NCBI RefSeq assembly: GCF_006345805.1
Contig: NC_042998.1
Coordinates: forward strand, 40,858,001 to 40,922,000
Source of the DNA: Octopus sinensis
Taxonomy: Eukaryota
DNA: 64,000 nt
Direction of reading: 5' to 3'
The notes under the pieces were generated by a model that was not told where the DNA came from, searched no databases, and saw only the letters and a list, made by a program, of their open reading frames with translations. A program made the position numbers and the translations under genes. Below, in pieces: positions 36,628 through 50,379 of the stretch (position 1 is its first letter; every line of letters begins with the position of its first letter).

Positions 36628-38379
36628 ACCATTATATGATGTTTTTATATTCAGTGTAATAGATTTTTATCTCCTTTTATTGTTGATATATGAATAGTTA
36701 TTTGAAAGTAGAAGTGGACTTGTATGTCAGCTCAGGATTTCAAGAGTTTAATTATTGCTTGATATGTGTACAGAGAAAATACTTGACGATGTACACATAG
36801 TCTTACTACTTTATTGAAACAAGTCAATCGAGTGTTTATAGCAGTTTGAAAGCTTACATTCCTATAAGACCTAGTATAAATAAATCTGTCAAATCCACTG
36901 TTGTTCTTACAAAAAGGACATGCTTAACATTTTGTTGATAAGTCAGCACAGAATAACTTAACAAGTTTAGAACTGAAGTTCAGTTTCATGTGTATGACAA
37001 TGATCACAAACAGAAACATTTGACATTATTTTCTTTTAATATTCTATTTCTAGTGTAGTACGAATGATGCTATTTTAATTTGATTTACTTGAAAAGATGT
37101 TTTTGTCAGACTCTTGCATTTTTATAGACGTTGCTGTTATGTAATTCACACATCCGACTTTATTCAAAGCTATAAATACCTCTTATGCGAACAAGGAATG
37201 ACATACATTTGCTGAAGTCATTTTGACTTCAGAATTTTATATTACCTACCTATAAAAAAAGCTCTAGCAACCCTCCCCATCTCCCAAAATATGGCAATTA
37301 AAAAGAATAGTAGTTGCCATTAAAGTAAAGGTTATATTTTTTTTACTTAAATTTCCTTTAAGCCCTGAAGTATATATGATATCAAATATTCATTTATATG
37401 TTCTCTTTTTTTTTTACTTTTTAAAATTTTTGTATCGGCTTTCTTTAGTTTTATGAATATTATTGATCATTCATCACTGGTTATCTCTCTGTTCAAATCT
37501 TAGGAAAAGATGACGTACATAACAACAATAATAATATATGAACTGAATAGCAGTTGTCAAAATGATAACATGCTTTGTGTCTTTAATATTTAATTCCCAT
37601 CAGTTTAGAGATGTATTACATATCTACAGTGGCATCATTGATAATGACTTCCCGACTGAAATTTTGATACACTTGTACTTTGCATTATATATAATATATT
37701 GTTAAGTTCTAGAATTTGAAAAGTCTGATGCATTTCGTTGGTGAAAAGTTAATTCAGTAAAATTGATAATGTATTTTAATGTTACTGTTAAGATTTTTTA
37801 TTCACAGTGGTTTAATAGCTTAATTAAATGAGAAAATTAATGGTTTATATTCAAGATGATATATGTTGAAGTATGCAGTTCAACCTAGAAAATACTGGTA
37901 CTTATTTTTGTGACCCTTGAGAGAAAAATGGGAGATTTAATTGTACTTGGATTAATTAAAAGAGCAATTTTTGAATACCTTAAAACTAATATTTTATGCT
38001 TGATATTTGTTTACTGTGTCAGCATTGACTGTTGAGGTTTTGTTTTCATGGGGCATCATGGTTCAGCATTGATGTAAGGCTAATTTATTTCCTGTCTATT
38101 TGATAACTGGGGATATTTCTTTGTACAGTTAATGTTAATTATATGAAGATAAAGTATTTACGACATTTGATTATCTGTTAATAACGTTTCCCCGGTAATT
38201 TGACTTGAGGGCACTATAATTTGAGAAGAAATTAAGTTTACTACTGTTTAATTATGATATTCTTGAGTTCAAACAAAACTAGTTAAGCTGTGTATTATTG
38301 GTAGAACTTTATACATTCCAGTGTAATTACAATTAGCATTAGATGCATGGTGCTGTAATTAGAAGTATTTTTTGTTCAT

Positions 38380-38405
38380 ATATATATATATATATTTATA
38401 TATAT

Positions 38406-38503
<98 letters not shown>

Positions 38504-38598
38504 TTTTATATATATATATATATATATAATATATTTTTATATATTATATATATATATATATATATTTTTATATATATATATAATATATATAATATATA

Positions 38599-38674
<76 letters not shown>

Positions 38675-38761
38675 TATATATATATATATATATATAATAT
38701 ATTTTTATATATATATATATATATATATTTTTATATATATATATATATATAATATATATAT

Positions 38762-38830
<69 letters not shown>
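38380..38830. repeat. ~450-bp compound (TA)n microsatellite with recurring TTTT interruptions
   Basis: Direct reading; source of the YIYI ORFs. Confidence 0.97.
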
Positions 38831-39061
38831 TAGCTAATAAATATCTTTGAGATTTAGAAAAGCGGTATTTCAGTTTGTTGTCCAAGCCAGTACAGAAGAA
38901 TTTGGTTGATGAAACTAGCACAAGACATGTCCAATAATATAGATTCATACTATGGAGGCAACTATCTCACGTTCATGTTAATGTGCATTCTGCCACAGGT
39001 GGAGATAGTGGGAAATTAATGATGCTTTCAGTTTTATCTATAAACTGGAAAAATAAAGCAC

Positions 39062-39907
39062 CAGTTTGAGTCAGAAGTTTTTTTTCATATTTCAAGCTTT
39101 AATTAATAGTTCAAACAAATTACATATAAAAGCATTTATTCATCAAAATATATCCCAACATATTGTCTATCGCTATCATTTCATCAAACACACAGCATGA
39201 CCTGTTCAAACTGCCCTTGTTTGACAACAGGTTTTGAAACCTGGCTGGAATGAAGTCACTGAGTTCTCTCGCTAGGATTTATTTTTCGTTCCCAGTTATA
39301 ATTTGATGCTAAAAGCTAGCTTCTCAAGGATTTGCCAGCAGTTTTTTTGCAAATGTTCACATGTTGTTGAGCTTATTCATTGGTCAGTTCATGTGGAGCT
39401 TCTTGACAGCATCTGTTTACAAGGCCAGCTTATGAAGGTGCCAATTGATGATGCTTTGTGAATGACCGAGTTCTGCTAACAATGTATGAATGCTTGTGCT
39501 TGACTGTTGGTCTACCATTCCAAGCAAGGCCTCGTTTTCCCCAGCAGATTTCCCTGACTTTAGTTGGTCTTTGAGACTGATGTCACCTTGCTTGAAACCT
39601 CATGTGGCTTGTGCCACATGTTCATTGACAGTTCCTGGGCCTTCCACATCATTAATTTCTTTTGCTGTTGGCCTTGCACTCAGTTCTTTTCCCATAGGTA
39701 GTAGTGTATAATGATTCTAATTGCAATTTTTTCTCCACTCATTATCACAGCTGTAAAATGAAGAATAACCAATTAATGTTTATTTGTTACATATGAAAAT
39801 AAAGGAAAAAACAATTGAGCAATGACTGGACAACAAGTTGTATCAAACACAAGTTGTTAAAATTCATCAGTGAAAATCTGAAAAAAAAATCTTTTAACTC
39901 AACATTG
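39062..39907 (-). mobile_element. Internally deleted mariner relic (second family)
   Basis: Minus strand IIHYYLWEKELSARPTAKEINDVEGPGTVNE...FKQGDISLKD...HLHKL...IITGNEK (HTH and TGDEK region). Degenerate TIRs TTGAGTCAGAAGTTTTTTTTC vs reverse complement TTGAGTTAAAAGATTTTTTTTTC. Confidence 0.75.
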
Positions 39908-41391
39908 ATACACAGTATAAGATTTTATTATAAAAGTAAATGTCTTTATGTTTCATATGTCCTCTCTTTAATTTGACAAGCTTACAGCCAGAGACGTACC
40001 TAAGTCTATGAATTCTTGTTATAAAAAAGAAACCTAATACTAATATCTTATGAATGTTGCTATCTAAATCTTCTTAGGTTTTGTAGTTGCTTAGATACAA
40101 AGTCTTGAAAATGTGTTATTTAAAGCTCGAAACAATTAAGTGTGAAAACTTATAAAAAAAACAATTGGTTGAATAAAACCAGCAACGTATCGGTTGAACT
40201 ACTAGAAAGATAACAGAAATTAATTATGAACTGTTCAGTATGATTTTTCTCCATAAAATGTGAATTAAATTGATTTAACAGGATATGTCAAAGGAATACA
40301 AGTGCAGGCAGTTGACAAAGTGTTTCTTACAGGAATTGATTGTATAAGATGAAAGCTGGCACTGTCCAAATTCACAAAATCTAAAGAAGCTAATTTTAGG
40401 CCAGTATTAAGTAAGCAGTTTCCAATATTTTCAAAATGAGCAATGGTCTTTTATTTATTCATTTATTTATTTTTTACCTGCACGTTTTCTCTAAGACTCA
40501 AAGAAACAGTAATTGTCTCTATTGAACTCGGGTTCCAAACCATATTTCTTGGAGTATATATTTCATGGAATTCTCCTATCTTTATTTTGGCAAAACAAGA
40601 TTCCATATTTCTTTGTTTTAACAATCAAAGATTTTGTTGTTTTCTGTTTTTACATATTTAACAAAAAATTTATATTTCATATACAAGCTTGAACATATTG
40701 TCTATTCCTGCTATATTTAATATAGTTAGTTAGCGCCTTGGCGATGTGGTTTAGAAATTCATCTTATGACTACCTTTTAGGCTTGATCCCCCTACATGAC
40801 ACTTCGGGCAAGTGTCTTCTACTACACATTTCAGTTTGCCAGTGCCTTGTATTTTGAAGATAAAACCATTTTAATGATATTTGAGTTGATCCTGAGTTTT
40901 AATGCACTAAATGTTAGCTTGCAAAATGACATTAGTAGCACAGAAAATTTTAAAACTCCCCGGATATATCCATGAGATATGGTAAAGAAATTTTTGACAC
41001 CTACATTACATTATGACAATAATGTAATATAGGTGTCAGAGCATATTTCTTGAGTTGAATGGCAACTATTCCTTGTCTTTGGAATTCTAGAGGTAGGTAG
41101 TGATAGAGTATCGTGCTGAAACTTTACCAAAAGTAGATTTCTGAAAACTTGGATTTAAAAGTATTTTGAAATAACAAAGATGTCTGTGACATTAAGTTGA
41201 CTATCTTATTTTTTGTTTTATATCTATTTCCTTTACATCCTGTAACTTTGTGATCTAAGAAAAAAATCAATAAGTGAATAAGTACTGAAAAATCATGTAG
41301 TGATGTCCAATGTGGCTGCTGTCAAATTTCTAAAACCAGTAAAAGAATAAAAGAAATATATGCCCAAAAGATATATCTGATTTTTATAACA

Positions 41392-41596
41392 TTAACCCTT
41401 TGCCTCTGGTTCTACATCAGAAACTTACTATTTTAAAGTGCTCTAAATTAAAACTCCCATTAGTATTTCATGTTCAATTATGTTCCAGATACAAACTTAA
41501 TAACAAGTTTATTTCAATTAACTCTCCATTAATTTTCAAAATTAACTGAAATAAAGGTAATGTATTTCAACAAGAACATCATAACAAAAAAGTTAA
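41392..41596. mobile_element. piggyBac-type MITE relic (TTAA-CCCTTT ... AAAG-TTAA)
   Basis: TTAACCCTTT at 41392 and AAAAAGTTAA ending at 41596; non-coding interior. Confidence 0.5.
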
Positions 41597-42399
41597 GGTT
41601 TTCTCACTAAGAAATAGAACTTGGTACTGCAATCTAACTGCTCCTGTTTTCTGCGGGGAATTATATCACCCACTATTTAGAGCTTAGTGCACTTTGCTAT
41701 TAAGAGCTTGCTATTAAGTATGAATCTGTAACAAGACCTGGGCCACCAACTTCTTGTACCATATTATTTTAAATATCTCTATTCTTTTCTATTAGATACA
41801 AGGGACTGAATTCACTCTAGCAGTTCAAATATATTACTTGTACTATATTTTACTGACACTCTCTACTATTTACAATATAAATTGAACTTGGAATTAGATA
41901 CTTAGCCAAAGATTCTGTAAAACATACTGCTTGTTTTTTTTGTGTTTATGCTATTTTCACAGCTCTATTTTTGTAACAATGTTATTTAGATATTATGAGG
42001 GCTAAATCTACATTTGTTTCTTAATTTTAGCTTAAAAGCTATTTTTATGCAATTTTTATTGCTTGTTGAAACAAATTGGTTTATTTCTCCCATATGTATG
42101 ACACAAATAAGATTTCTGCCCATATTTCCATCCCTTTCATTTTCACGCATATGTATATTTATGTGTATATTGTACCTCTATTTTTGTGCTTAAATTTTTT
42201 CTCCATAAAACTGGAGCTGCATTCTTAGTAAAAAAACTAAATCTCTGTTATTGAAACTTATAATACCATGTAGACACATTCTCTTGATTTGAAAAATATT
42301 TTGAATATTTTAAATGTTCTCTTTGCAGAAGGAATTTTACTAAAACATTTGTTGTTGTCTATCTCTGGTCAGCATTTATTTAGCAGTCTTATTAAAAGC

Positions 42400-44400
42400 A
42401 TTCTAGCCATGACCATTTTGTCTATATATTCTGACATAGTGTATCTAGAACTACATTATCCAATGTTCTACACTTTCTAAGAAGGATATTTAGCTTCTAT
42501 TTCTATAAGGCTGAATGACCACAAAGAGGATTACTCATTGGTTTGATTTAGCTAAAGTGTAAACATGTAACATTACTAAGTGCACCGTAGATTCATAGAT
42601 ACAATGTCAGCTTAAAATCAATATGTAATCATTGTAATCTCTAATTTGTGTGTGTGCATATCAGTGTGAGTGTCTGGGGCTACTGAAAACATTGGTACAT
42701 TGTCATAATTCTCCATCAAGATTATTTGTTTTACCAACATATGTTATGTATAAATATTCTTCAATGTTATTTTTAAAAATTGGCATATTGAAAGGGCGTT
42801 ATTCTTTTTTAGAACTTTTCATTTTATGCTTGGCATTGCATTAACATCATTGTGATAAGTGACTGTTTGTTGATTGGGCTTTGTTTAAGTGGCATCTTAG
42901 TTCAGCATTATGTACAAGGCTACTGTAACCTGCTTGTTTCTTTGCTATTGATATCTGTGTTAGGTTATGTAAAATACTTAGTATTTCAACAGTGGAACCT
43001 AGCTCTTTTGTTGATGCCTCAGTGTAATTACTGAGATATCAACAAAGGAGATGTAGGTCTGATTTTCACAAGATTCACTTTTCATTTGCTTTCATCTTAG
43101 CTTTGTATGCACAATTTTCTGTTGGTTTATTGTGTTGTTGTATTAGTGGCTAGCAGAGATTAGCATAGCTTTCAGCTTCAGTAGCCACATCAAGAAGGTT
43201 ATTGTTTATTCTAAGACAATAATTTTTTAATTTCATGCATAAAAGTGATTTCAACATTAAGATTTTGGTGTTGAGTGAAAGATCAGTAAACAGAATATTA
43301 GAGGATGTTGGTACTTCATGTTTTTGTTGTGAGTGATGGTGGAAGTGAGAAATATGGTGATTAGATGTTTGATTAAAGTACCGACTATATGTGAATGCAT
43401 CATTGTGGTTGGAATTGAATGTGTCTGTTGTTACTTGTGCTTACTTGTATGTATTTTATACATGTTTATATTGTGCAGTGTCTCTGAAGAATTATTCTGG
43501 TTTTGATGGAAATGTGTTTGTAATCATTGCATTGGAATGTTTTTGACAAGCAATGATTGAGTGATAATATTGTGACTTTTGGTTTGTGTGAAGTGAGATT
43601 TTATGGCTCCATTGTTTTAAGTGCATGGTTGGATTGAAGCATAAAATGTGTTGCTTATGTAGAAATTGTTATGGGATTTGGTGAATTATGGTGTTTGAAG
43701 ACACTGGAAAGAGGGGTTCCTCAGGTCTGGTAACTGGAGAGTAGTTTACCTTGAGGTCTTTGATTTTTGTTTTAACAGTGAACAATTAAAGAACAATGTC
43801 TTCAGGACTGCAGAAACCTCAGCTCTTAAAAATCTAACACAGTCTCTATGTACATTTAGTGAATTAGCTGTTAGAAAGTATGGGCCACTCAACATCAGAA
43901 TCAATTAGCAGATCCTGAGTTACGCACTTTATCTTATATTCTAACTGTAACATCCTCTCAAAAATTGTCTGCTTTTTATTCTGGTATGGACTAGTTGGAT
44001 CTGAAGTGTTGCAATAACACTGAAAAAATATTTTTTGTATCCTGCAAACTAGACTTGTAAACTTTTCCAAAATTGAAATTTACCATCAAAAGCTCAATCA
44101 CTTCAATTTAAAATTTTTGCAATGAGTATTTATGTATAATGCCAGAATCTTACAAATTATATATTTTTTAACTTCGCTAATGTTGAGTTCGGCAACTAAT
44201 CCTTGGATTTCTGTTCTAGCTTGCAAATTGGGTTGTATTATTTGAATATACCTGTGTATGTGCTGGTGCAAGCTGGTAGTATTTAAATCCTGGACAGAAC
44301 ATTCCAAAGTTACATAATTTTCTTTTTCTATCAGACCCCAAAAAAGGGGTAGTGTTCTTAATCCTTTCAAGCATATGCATTTGATTAGGTCAATATAGTT
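42400..44400 (-). mobile_element. Very eroded non-LTR retrotransposon remnants
   Basis: Only scattered motifs, e.g. QDLLIDSDVEW resembling RDLGxxIDSDLxW in ORF 43864-44070; otherwise compositional. Confidence 0.3.
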
Positions 44401-44723
44401 GATGTTCAGTTTGAATATTTTATAGATTTTTGAGAGGATAACATGGGGAGGGGAGAAGAGAGGAAGTTTTCAATTATTGAAAGGATGGAGTTGCGGAATG
44501 TATCATTGTAGAACCAAAACACTATGGGTGATAGCAGGTGGGAAGACAGCTTCATTGAGTAGGTTTAGGCACGTAGTGCACTATTCAAAGCAGAGTAACA
44601 AAGAACATTGTAACGTTGCTGCCTTCCTGTCTTTTTAACTAACACAGTAGACTAGTAGTAGTAACATTTTGGTTGATAATGGGTGAGTGCCCCCTCCCTC
44701 TCTCTCATTTTTAAACACCTAAA

Positions 44724-44779
<56 letters not shown>

Positions 44780-44793
44780 CATATTTTGAACAT

Positions 44794-45177
44794 TGGGCCT
44801 CACCAAGGTGATAACAAGTGACAGACTTTTGGAGGTCTGCTGTACTTGAGAAGACCCGGCAAACCAAGTGAGACTGTAACCATGGCCTATGCCAGTGCAG
44901 CATAACCAGCCCATTTAAGAGTACCTTTCAATCATTGGGCACGTAAAAAGCACCATTTAAGCCCTGACTGGCCCTCATGCTGGTGGCATGTAAAAAGCAC
45001 CCACTACACTCTCGGAGTGGTTGGCAATAGGAAGGGCATCCAGCTTTAGAAACTTCACCAGATTGGATTGGAGCCTGGTTACAGGCTTCTGGCTTGCCAG
45101 CCCTCAGTCAAACTGCCCAACCCATGCCAGCATGGAAAGCGAACTTCAAACAACAATGATGACGACGATGATGATGA
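44794..45177 (+). mobile_element. RTE LINE 3' end
   Basis: C-terminal codons across a frameshift (GLTKVITSDR.LWRSAVLEKTRQTK*), then 3' UTR with AGGAAGGGCATCCAGC...AACCCATGCCAGCATGGAAAGCG and (GAT)n tail. Confidence 0.85.
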
Positions 45178-45849
45178 GTTATTTAATATCCATGCTGGCA
45201 TGGTTTTGATAGTTATTGTATAAAATTTAAGATACTCAGATATGCATACATACATAGACATATATACATTTACATGTGTGTGGGTATACAGAGAGAGAAA
45301 AGGATGTGTATTTTTTTTTTTTTTTTGATAACTGCTTTAGCTGTTTTACACTGAGAAGAACATTTAAAATGTTAGTATTTAGCAATTTTATCATTCCAGA
45401 TTTGTAAACTGTGCATTAATGTAATATGCACTTGTTCCTTGTAGGGGGCTCAACAACCTTTCTGAGTGCAACGTTACTGTTATTTAATATACATGCATTT
45501 GAATTTCCATACTTACTACTGGAACTGAATGGCACAACCAAAAGTAGTGTCAATGACCGTACAGTTAACACATACAGCTCCAACTGAATTGAAAAAGGCT
45601 TGGAAAACAACCAAATTTTTTTATAGGATGTCATTTAGAGTTGCAAATGGGAGAACTGCTTTTTAATGAGCTGAGCTATGGCTATTGTAGTGAGAAAGGA
45701 AAAGTTGCATTGTGCCTTCCCTTATTTTAACAATATGATTATTACCAGACAGGTGAAGCATGACCAAAATGTAAAGGAATTTCTAGAAGTCATCAATCAG
45801 AGACATCTGACACTCAACTAAAAAAAATGAATTCTATGAATTTTATTAA

Positions 45850-46063
45850 TGTCACAGCTCTAGTACTACAGACATGTGATTAGAATATCACTGGTAATAA
45901 TTGCCAACCGGTAGGAGATCTAGGAGTAGATCAAGAATGAGTTTGTTGGATAATATCCATCACCTCAGCTGAATGCACTTGGGAATCCAGCCAAGAAATC
46001 TAATGGTGGTTGCTACCGATAGAACCTTGTGGAGGAATAGTAGCAGAAAAGATGGATGGATGA
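45850..46063 (+). mobile_element. RTE-like 3' fragment nested inside the Gypsy RT
   Basis: RHVIR...RRSRSRSRMSLLDNI...VVATDRTLWR then (GATG)n tail; splits the Gypsy IN|IL codons. Confidence 0.65.
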
Positions 46064-47703
46064 ATACTTTGAGGAATGACATCATTAGGCCACATCTGTA
46101 GAGGTTCCATCCACTACAAGAACTTCCAACTCCAGAAAATTTACAATCCTTAAGACAGGCACTGAAGATGTATTGATATTATGCCGAGTGGATTCATGGG
46201 TTCTCTGCTAAAATCAACTGTTGACAAACACAAAAAAGTTCCTATTAGGAAAGTAGGCTCTGAGAGCCTTTAACTTGTTAAAGAGAGAATTGGAAGTAAC
46301 CACCCTGCATTTAGTGGATGAAAGCTTACTCTTTGAGATAAAGTGTGATACATTGGGTATTGCTGTATTTACTGTCTTTAACCAAGGAGGATGGCCTGTA
46401 GTGTTTATGTCAAGGGTGCTGTAAGGAAGCGATTTGTACTTCCACATTGTAGAGACAAGCAACAGTGCAAAAATCAAGCCATTATCTGGTATGATGCCAC
46501 TTTGCCACAGTTACTAACGAAAAGTCAGTGGCCTTTATGTTTGACAATAGAAGGTATACAAAGATAAAGAAGACTAAAATTCAAGAATGGGGACTAGAAC
46601 TTGCAGAATTTAGATATACAATGTAATATTGTCCTGGTAGTGAGAATATGGCTCCTGACACATTTACTTGTGTCATCAAACATCTCCATGTTTGATGACC
46701 TCCACAATGGAGTACATCATCTGTGTATATGTTGGTTACTACATTTTGTAACAGCAATGAATCTCCTCTTCTCTGTAGAAGATGTGAGAAAGACTTGGTC
46801 TGTGCTGAAGTAAGACCTCTGTTCATCATCCTCCAGTACTCTTATCAAAGCAACATGACATGTGGAAAAGCTTAGTTTAGACTTTAAAGGATCTTGCCCT
46901 ACTATTTCATATAATTCATATTTACTTATGATAGTTAATGAATACTTGTATTTCCCATTTGTTTATTTTTGTTCCAACATGCATACAGCAAAAGTGATCA
47001 GATGTTCAGGTCTCTTGTTCAACTTTTGTGGAATGCCAAATTAAACACTCTGATCAAGGCATTTTCTTCATGTCTAAAGATTTACAGGATTATCTCTTCC
47101 AGAAGAGACTTGCATCAATTCATACTATACTGTATCACTCTATTGGGAATGGACAAGCAGAAAGATTCAAAAGTACTATATGGAGGTACCTTTAGAGAAG
47201 TATTGGGAATTAGTGCTTTTTCAGGTACTACTCTTCTAAAGATCACTATTGTCTACAACAACAAGTGCTACACTCCATGAATTTTTCTTTGCATTTCAAT
47301 GCCATTCTTCCTCTGGAAATTCAATGCTATCTTGGTTAATGACTAGTACTCCTCTGAAAGTTCATGTGGACCAATAAAAATGAACCATTAGTAAATCAAG
47401 TTAAACTGCTTGACAGTAATCCAACTTACGCAAGAATCGGGTGTCTAGATGGGCAGGCATCTACTATTTCTGTTCATGATTTGTTACCTTGTCATGAACA
47501 CCCTACAATCTCCACCTCTCTTTTGTGGAACAAAATATAAACCTGATGGTATAAGACCCAAGTGATAAAGAAGGTATAACATGCAATCATGTGGAAGGGG
47601 ATGAAACAGCAACTCCACAGGAACTATAGATATCCGGTTTTGTATCCAAATCTCCTAATCATGGGTGGGAGTATCCCATAAAATTGTTTCTAAGAGGAAA
47701 GAG

Positions 47704-47860
47704 TGTAATATTACTATTATTTAATGTATGTATGTGTAAGTCTCTGTATTTAACAAGCGGAAGTAGTCTAGGTAACCATATAGATAACACAATCACCTGT
47801 AACTAAACAATTGAGTTGAATAAACCTTGGAAAACAGCCATTAAGTTTTTCGTTATTACA
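47704..47860 (+). repeat. 157-bp 3' LTR of the Gypsy element
   Basis: Polypurine tract AAGAGGAAAGAG (47692-47703) directly before TGTAATA; ends TATTACA (perfect 7-bp inverted termini); AATAAA at 47819-47824. Confidence 0.85.
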
Positions 47861-48839
47861 CAGAGCTTGAATATTTAAGAGAAATAAGCAGGTAGATGGT
47901 AGGCAGGATGCTAGCTGAAGATGTGGTGTGTGTTTCCATACTTGATATATATATATACTGTTAAAGAGAAAAAGAGAAAGATGCTATTGTGCTTTAGAGC
48001 ATGCAATTTGAAGGTGGTAATAAGAATACTGATAATAAAAATAGTTATTTGTGGGGTTAAGTTATCAATATTCAGAATGGCCATGGAACTTGGACTCACC
48101 GTAGCCTATTGTTGAAAGCAATCTACATTTCCTGTAAATCTGAAAGCTCAAGAACATTTTTGAAAGCATCAGGCCTGGCTGACTACCTAGTGTTGAACAA
48201 TCTCTTCATTTCTGTTAGATGAGAGCTCCCATTGGATAATGCAGTTGAAAGGAAACCCTACTGATATGTAGAAACAGACAGATTGTGCAGACTTCGAATA
48301 AAACCAAAGGAAAATGCTACTTCTTTAAAAATTCTACAGCACATTGTCTGCCTAAAGTCAGTGAAAGGGCAACATGTGATGCATTCTAAAAGCTGATTCA
48401 GTTATTTAAGCCTTTCTTGCAGATCTTTGTACCTGTTGTTCCTGTTGTTAGAATTGCCTTTACTTTGTATAGTAAAAATTAGAAGCAATATCTTGGTGCA
48501 TAATATGATTTACATACCTTAATATTTTTTTAATACAGATAATAGAATACATACTTGAATAATATATTATTTTCCAAAAAGTCTTTGCACATAAAGTGGG
48601 AGCAAGTCTTAGAAATGCTGGGTTCGTAGCATATACTACATTTTACTACTACTATACTAAACTTTCATTGGAGATGCTGTATGCCTGATTTTTTTTTTTC
48701 ACTCTCTGCAGTACATATATTTACATTACTATTTTCAATTTTATTTAATTTTAATAATAAAATATTCTGGATGATTTTTACATTATTATGCTCAATGAAA
48801 CTAATTGTACACTGGGAAAAAAATTTCTCTTGATTATTC

Positions 48840-49418
48840 TTTTACTTGTTTCAGTCATTTGACTGTGGCCATGCTGGAGCACTGCCTTTAGTCAAAGAAA
48901 TCAACCCCAGGTCTTATTCTTTGTAAACCTTGTACTTATTCCATCAGTCTCTTTTGCCAAACTGCTAAGTTACAGGGTTGTAAACACACCAACATCAGTT
49001 GTCAAGCGATGGTAGGGGGACAAACACAGACATACGAGTATACATGCACATGCACACACATACAACAGTCTTCTTTCAGTTCCTTATTTCTTTATTGCCC
49101 ACAAGGGGCTAAATGTAGAGGGGACAAACAAGGACAGACAAAGGGATTAATTTGATCACATTGACCCCAGTGTGTAAGGCAAAGTCGACCCTGGTGGAAT
49201 TTGAACTCAGAACTTAACAGTAGATGAAATGCTGCTAAGCATTTCGTCTGACGTGCTAATGTTTCTTCCAGCTCACCACTTCTTTCAGTTTCTGTCTACC
49301 AAATTCACTCACAAGTCTGCCCAAGGCTATAGTAGAAGACACTCGCCCAAGGTGCCACGTAGTGTGACTGAACCCAGAACCATGTGGTTGGGAAGCAAAC
49401 TTCTTACCACACAGCCAC
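48840..49418 (-). mobile_element. SINE family 1 copy interrupted by a family 2 SINE (49082-49278)
   Basis: 12-bp TSD CTTCTTTCAGTT at 49070-49081 and 49279-49290, taken from the host SINE. Confidence 0.88.
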
Positions 49419-49614
49419 AACTTTTCAAAGAATATAAATGCAGTTATATTTTACATCATTGTATTCTATCAGCACTGGTTTATAAAAAGGAAATTTAATA
49501 TCTTAGAACACAAGTCAGGCTCAAAGTACCAGCAGATTGAGCATTATTCTCAGCTACAAATTGTGAAGTGCATATAAAGATAAAAGTTGGAAATTTTGTA
49601 TATTTGTGTGTGTA

Positions 49615-49798
49615 CATCATCATCATCATCGTTTAACGTCCATTCTCCATGCTAGCATGGGTTGGACGGTTCGACCGGGGATCTGGGAAGCCAGAAGGCT
49701 GCACCAGGCTCCAGTCTTATCTGGCAATGTTTCTACAGCTGGATGCCCTTCCTAACGCCAGCTGTAGAAACATTGCCAGATAAGACTGGAGCCTGGTG
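49615..49798 (-). mobile_element. RTE 3'-end insertion ending in a perfect 41-bp fold-back
   Basis: (CAT)n tail at 49615-49630; 49702-49742 is the exact reverse complement of 49758-49798, with a 15-nt loop. Confidence 0.92.
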
Positions 49799-50345
49799 AG
49801 AGAAAGATAAATGATAGAAAATGGAATCATCTATATTCTTTATTTAAAATCACTATTGTTTCTGCACTTTTTACACTTGTATATTGGTGTGATGTTGTGT
49901 AATCATTACCATCCATCTACCCAAGGTGTAAAATGTGCTCCATGAGATGATGATTCAAATAAGTCCTTTGTAAAATCCTTTCACTCAGTGTAAGACTGCC
50001 ATTCTCACTTTGAGTGAAATGACTGTAGGATTTACAAAGGACTTATTTAAACAATTATGTGAGGAAGTGCATTTTACGTCTTGGTTGGATGATAATGATT
50101 ACATGACATCTCACCAATGTACATGTGCAAAAATGTGCCATAACAAATGTTGTGATTTTAAACCAAGTATATCATCTGTCATTTATCATTTATCTATTTA
50201 TGGATACTGTGGAATTTCTGATGTATATCAAGTAGCAAGAGCATTTTCATTTTATGATGACATCAGGTAGCCAATAACTGCGATTTAGCTTTGCATAGCA
50301 TACTACAAGGTTTTTACTCGAAACTTATTTAACTATATATATGTA

Positions 50346-50378
<33 letters not shown>

Positions 50379-50379
<1 letters not shown>

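Larger units (their letters stand above)
45430..47860 (+). mobile_element. Gypsy/Ty3 LTR retrotransposon relic: RT, RNase H, integrase, PPT, 3' LTR
   Basis: YFNNMII...HDQNVKEFLEVINQRHLTLN (RT), PLQELPTPENLQS...YYAEWIHGFSAKI, FEIKCDT...FNQGGWPVVFMSRVL (RNase H), LLHFV..MNLLFSVEDVRKT, EKLSLDFKG...YLLMIVNEY...CGMPN..HSDQG, GNGQAERF (integrase), in Gypsy order; many stops. 5' limit approximate. Confidence 0.88.

Noticed and set aside
38343-38948. ORFs rich in YIYI or CVCV (also 185-394, 1045-1311, 26820-27065, 44652-44914 and others)
   Set aside because: Translations of TA/CA microsatellites; no coding signal.
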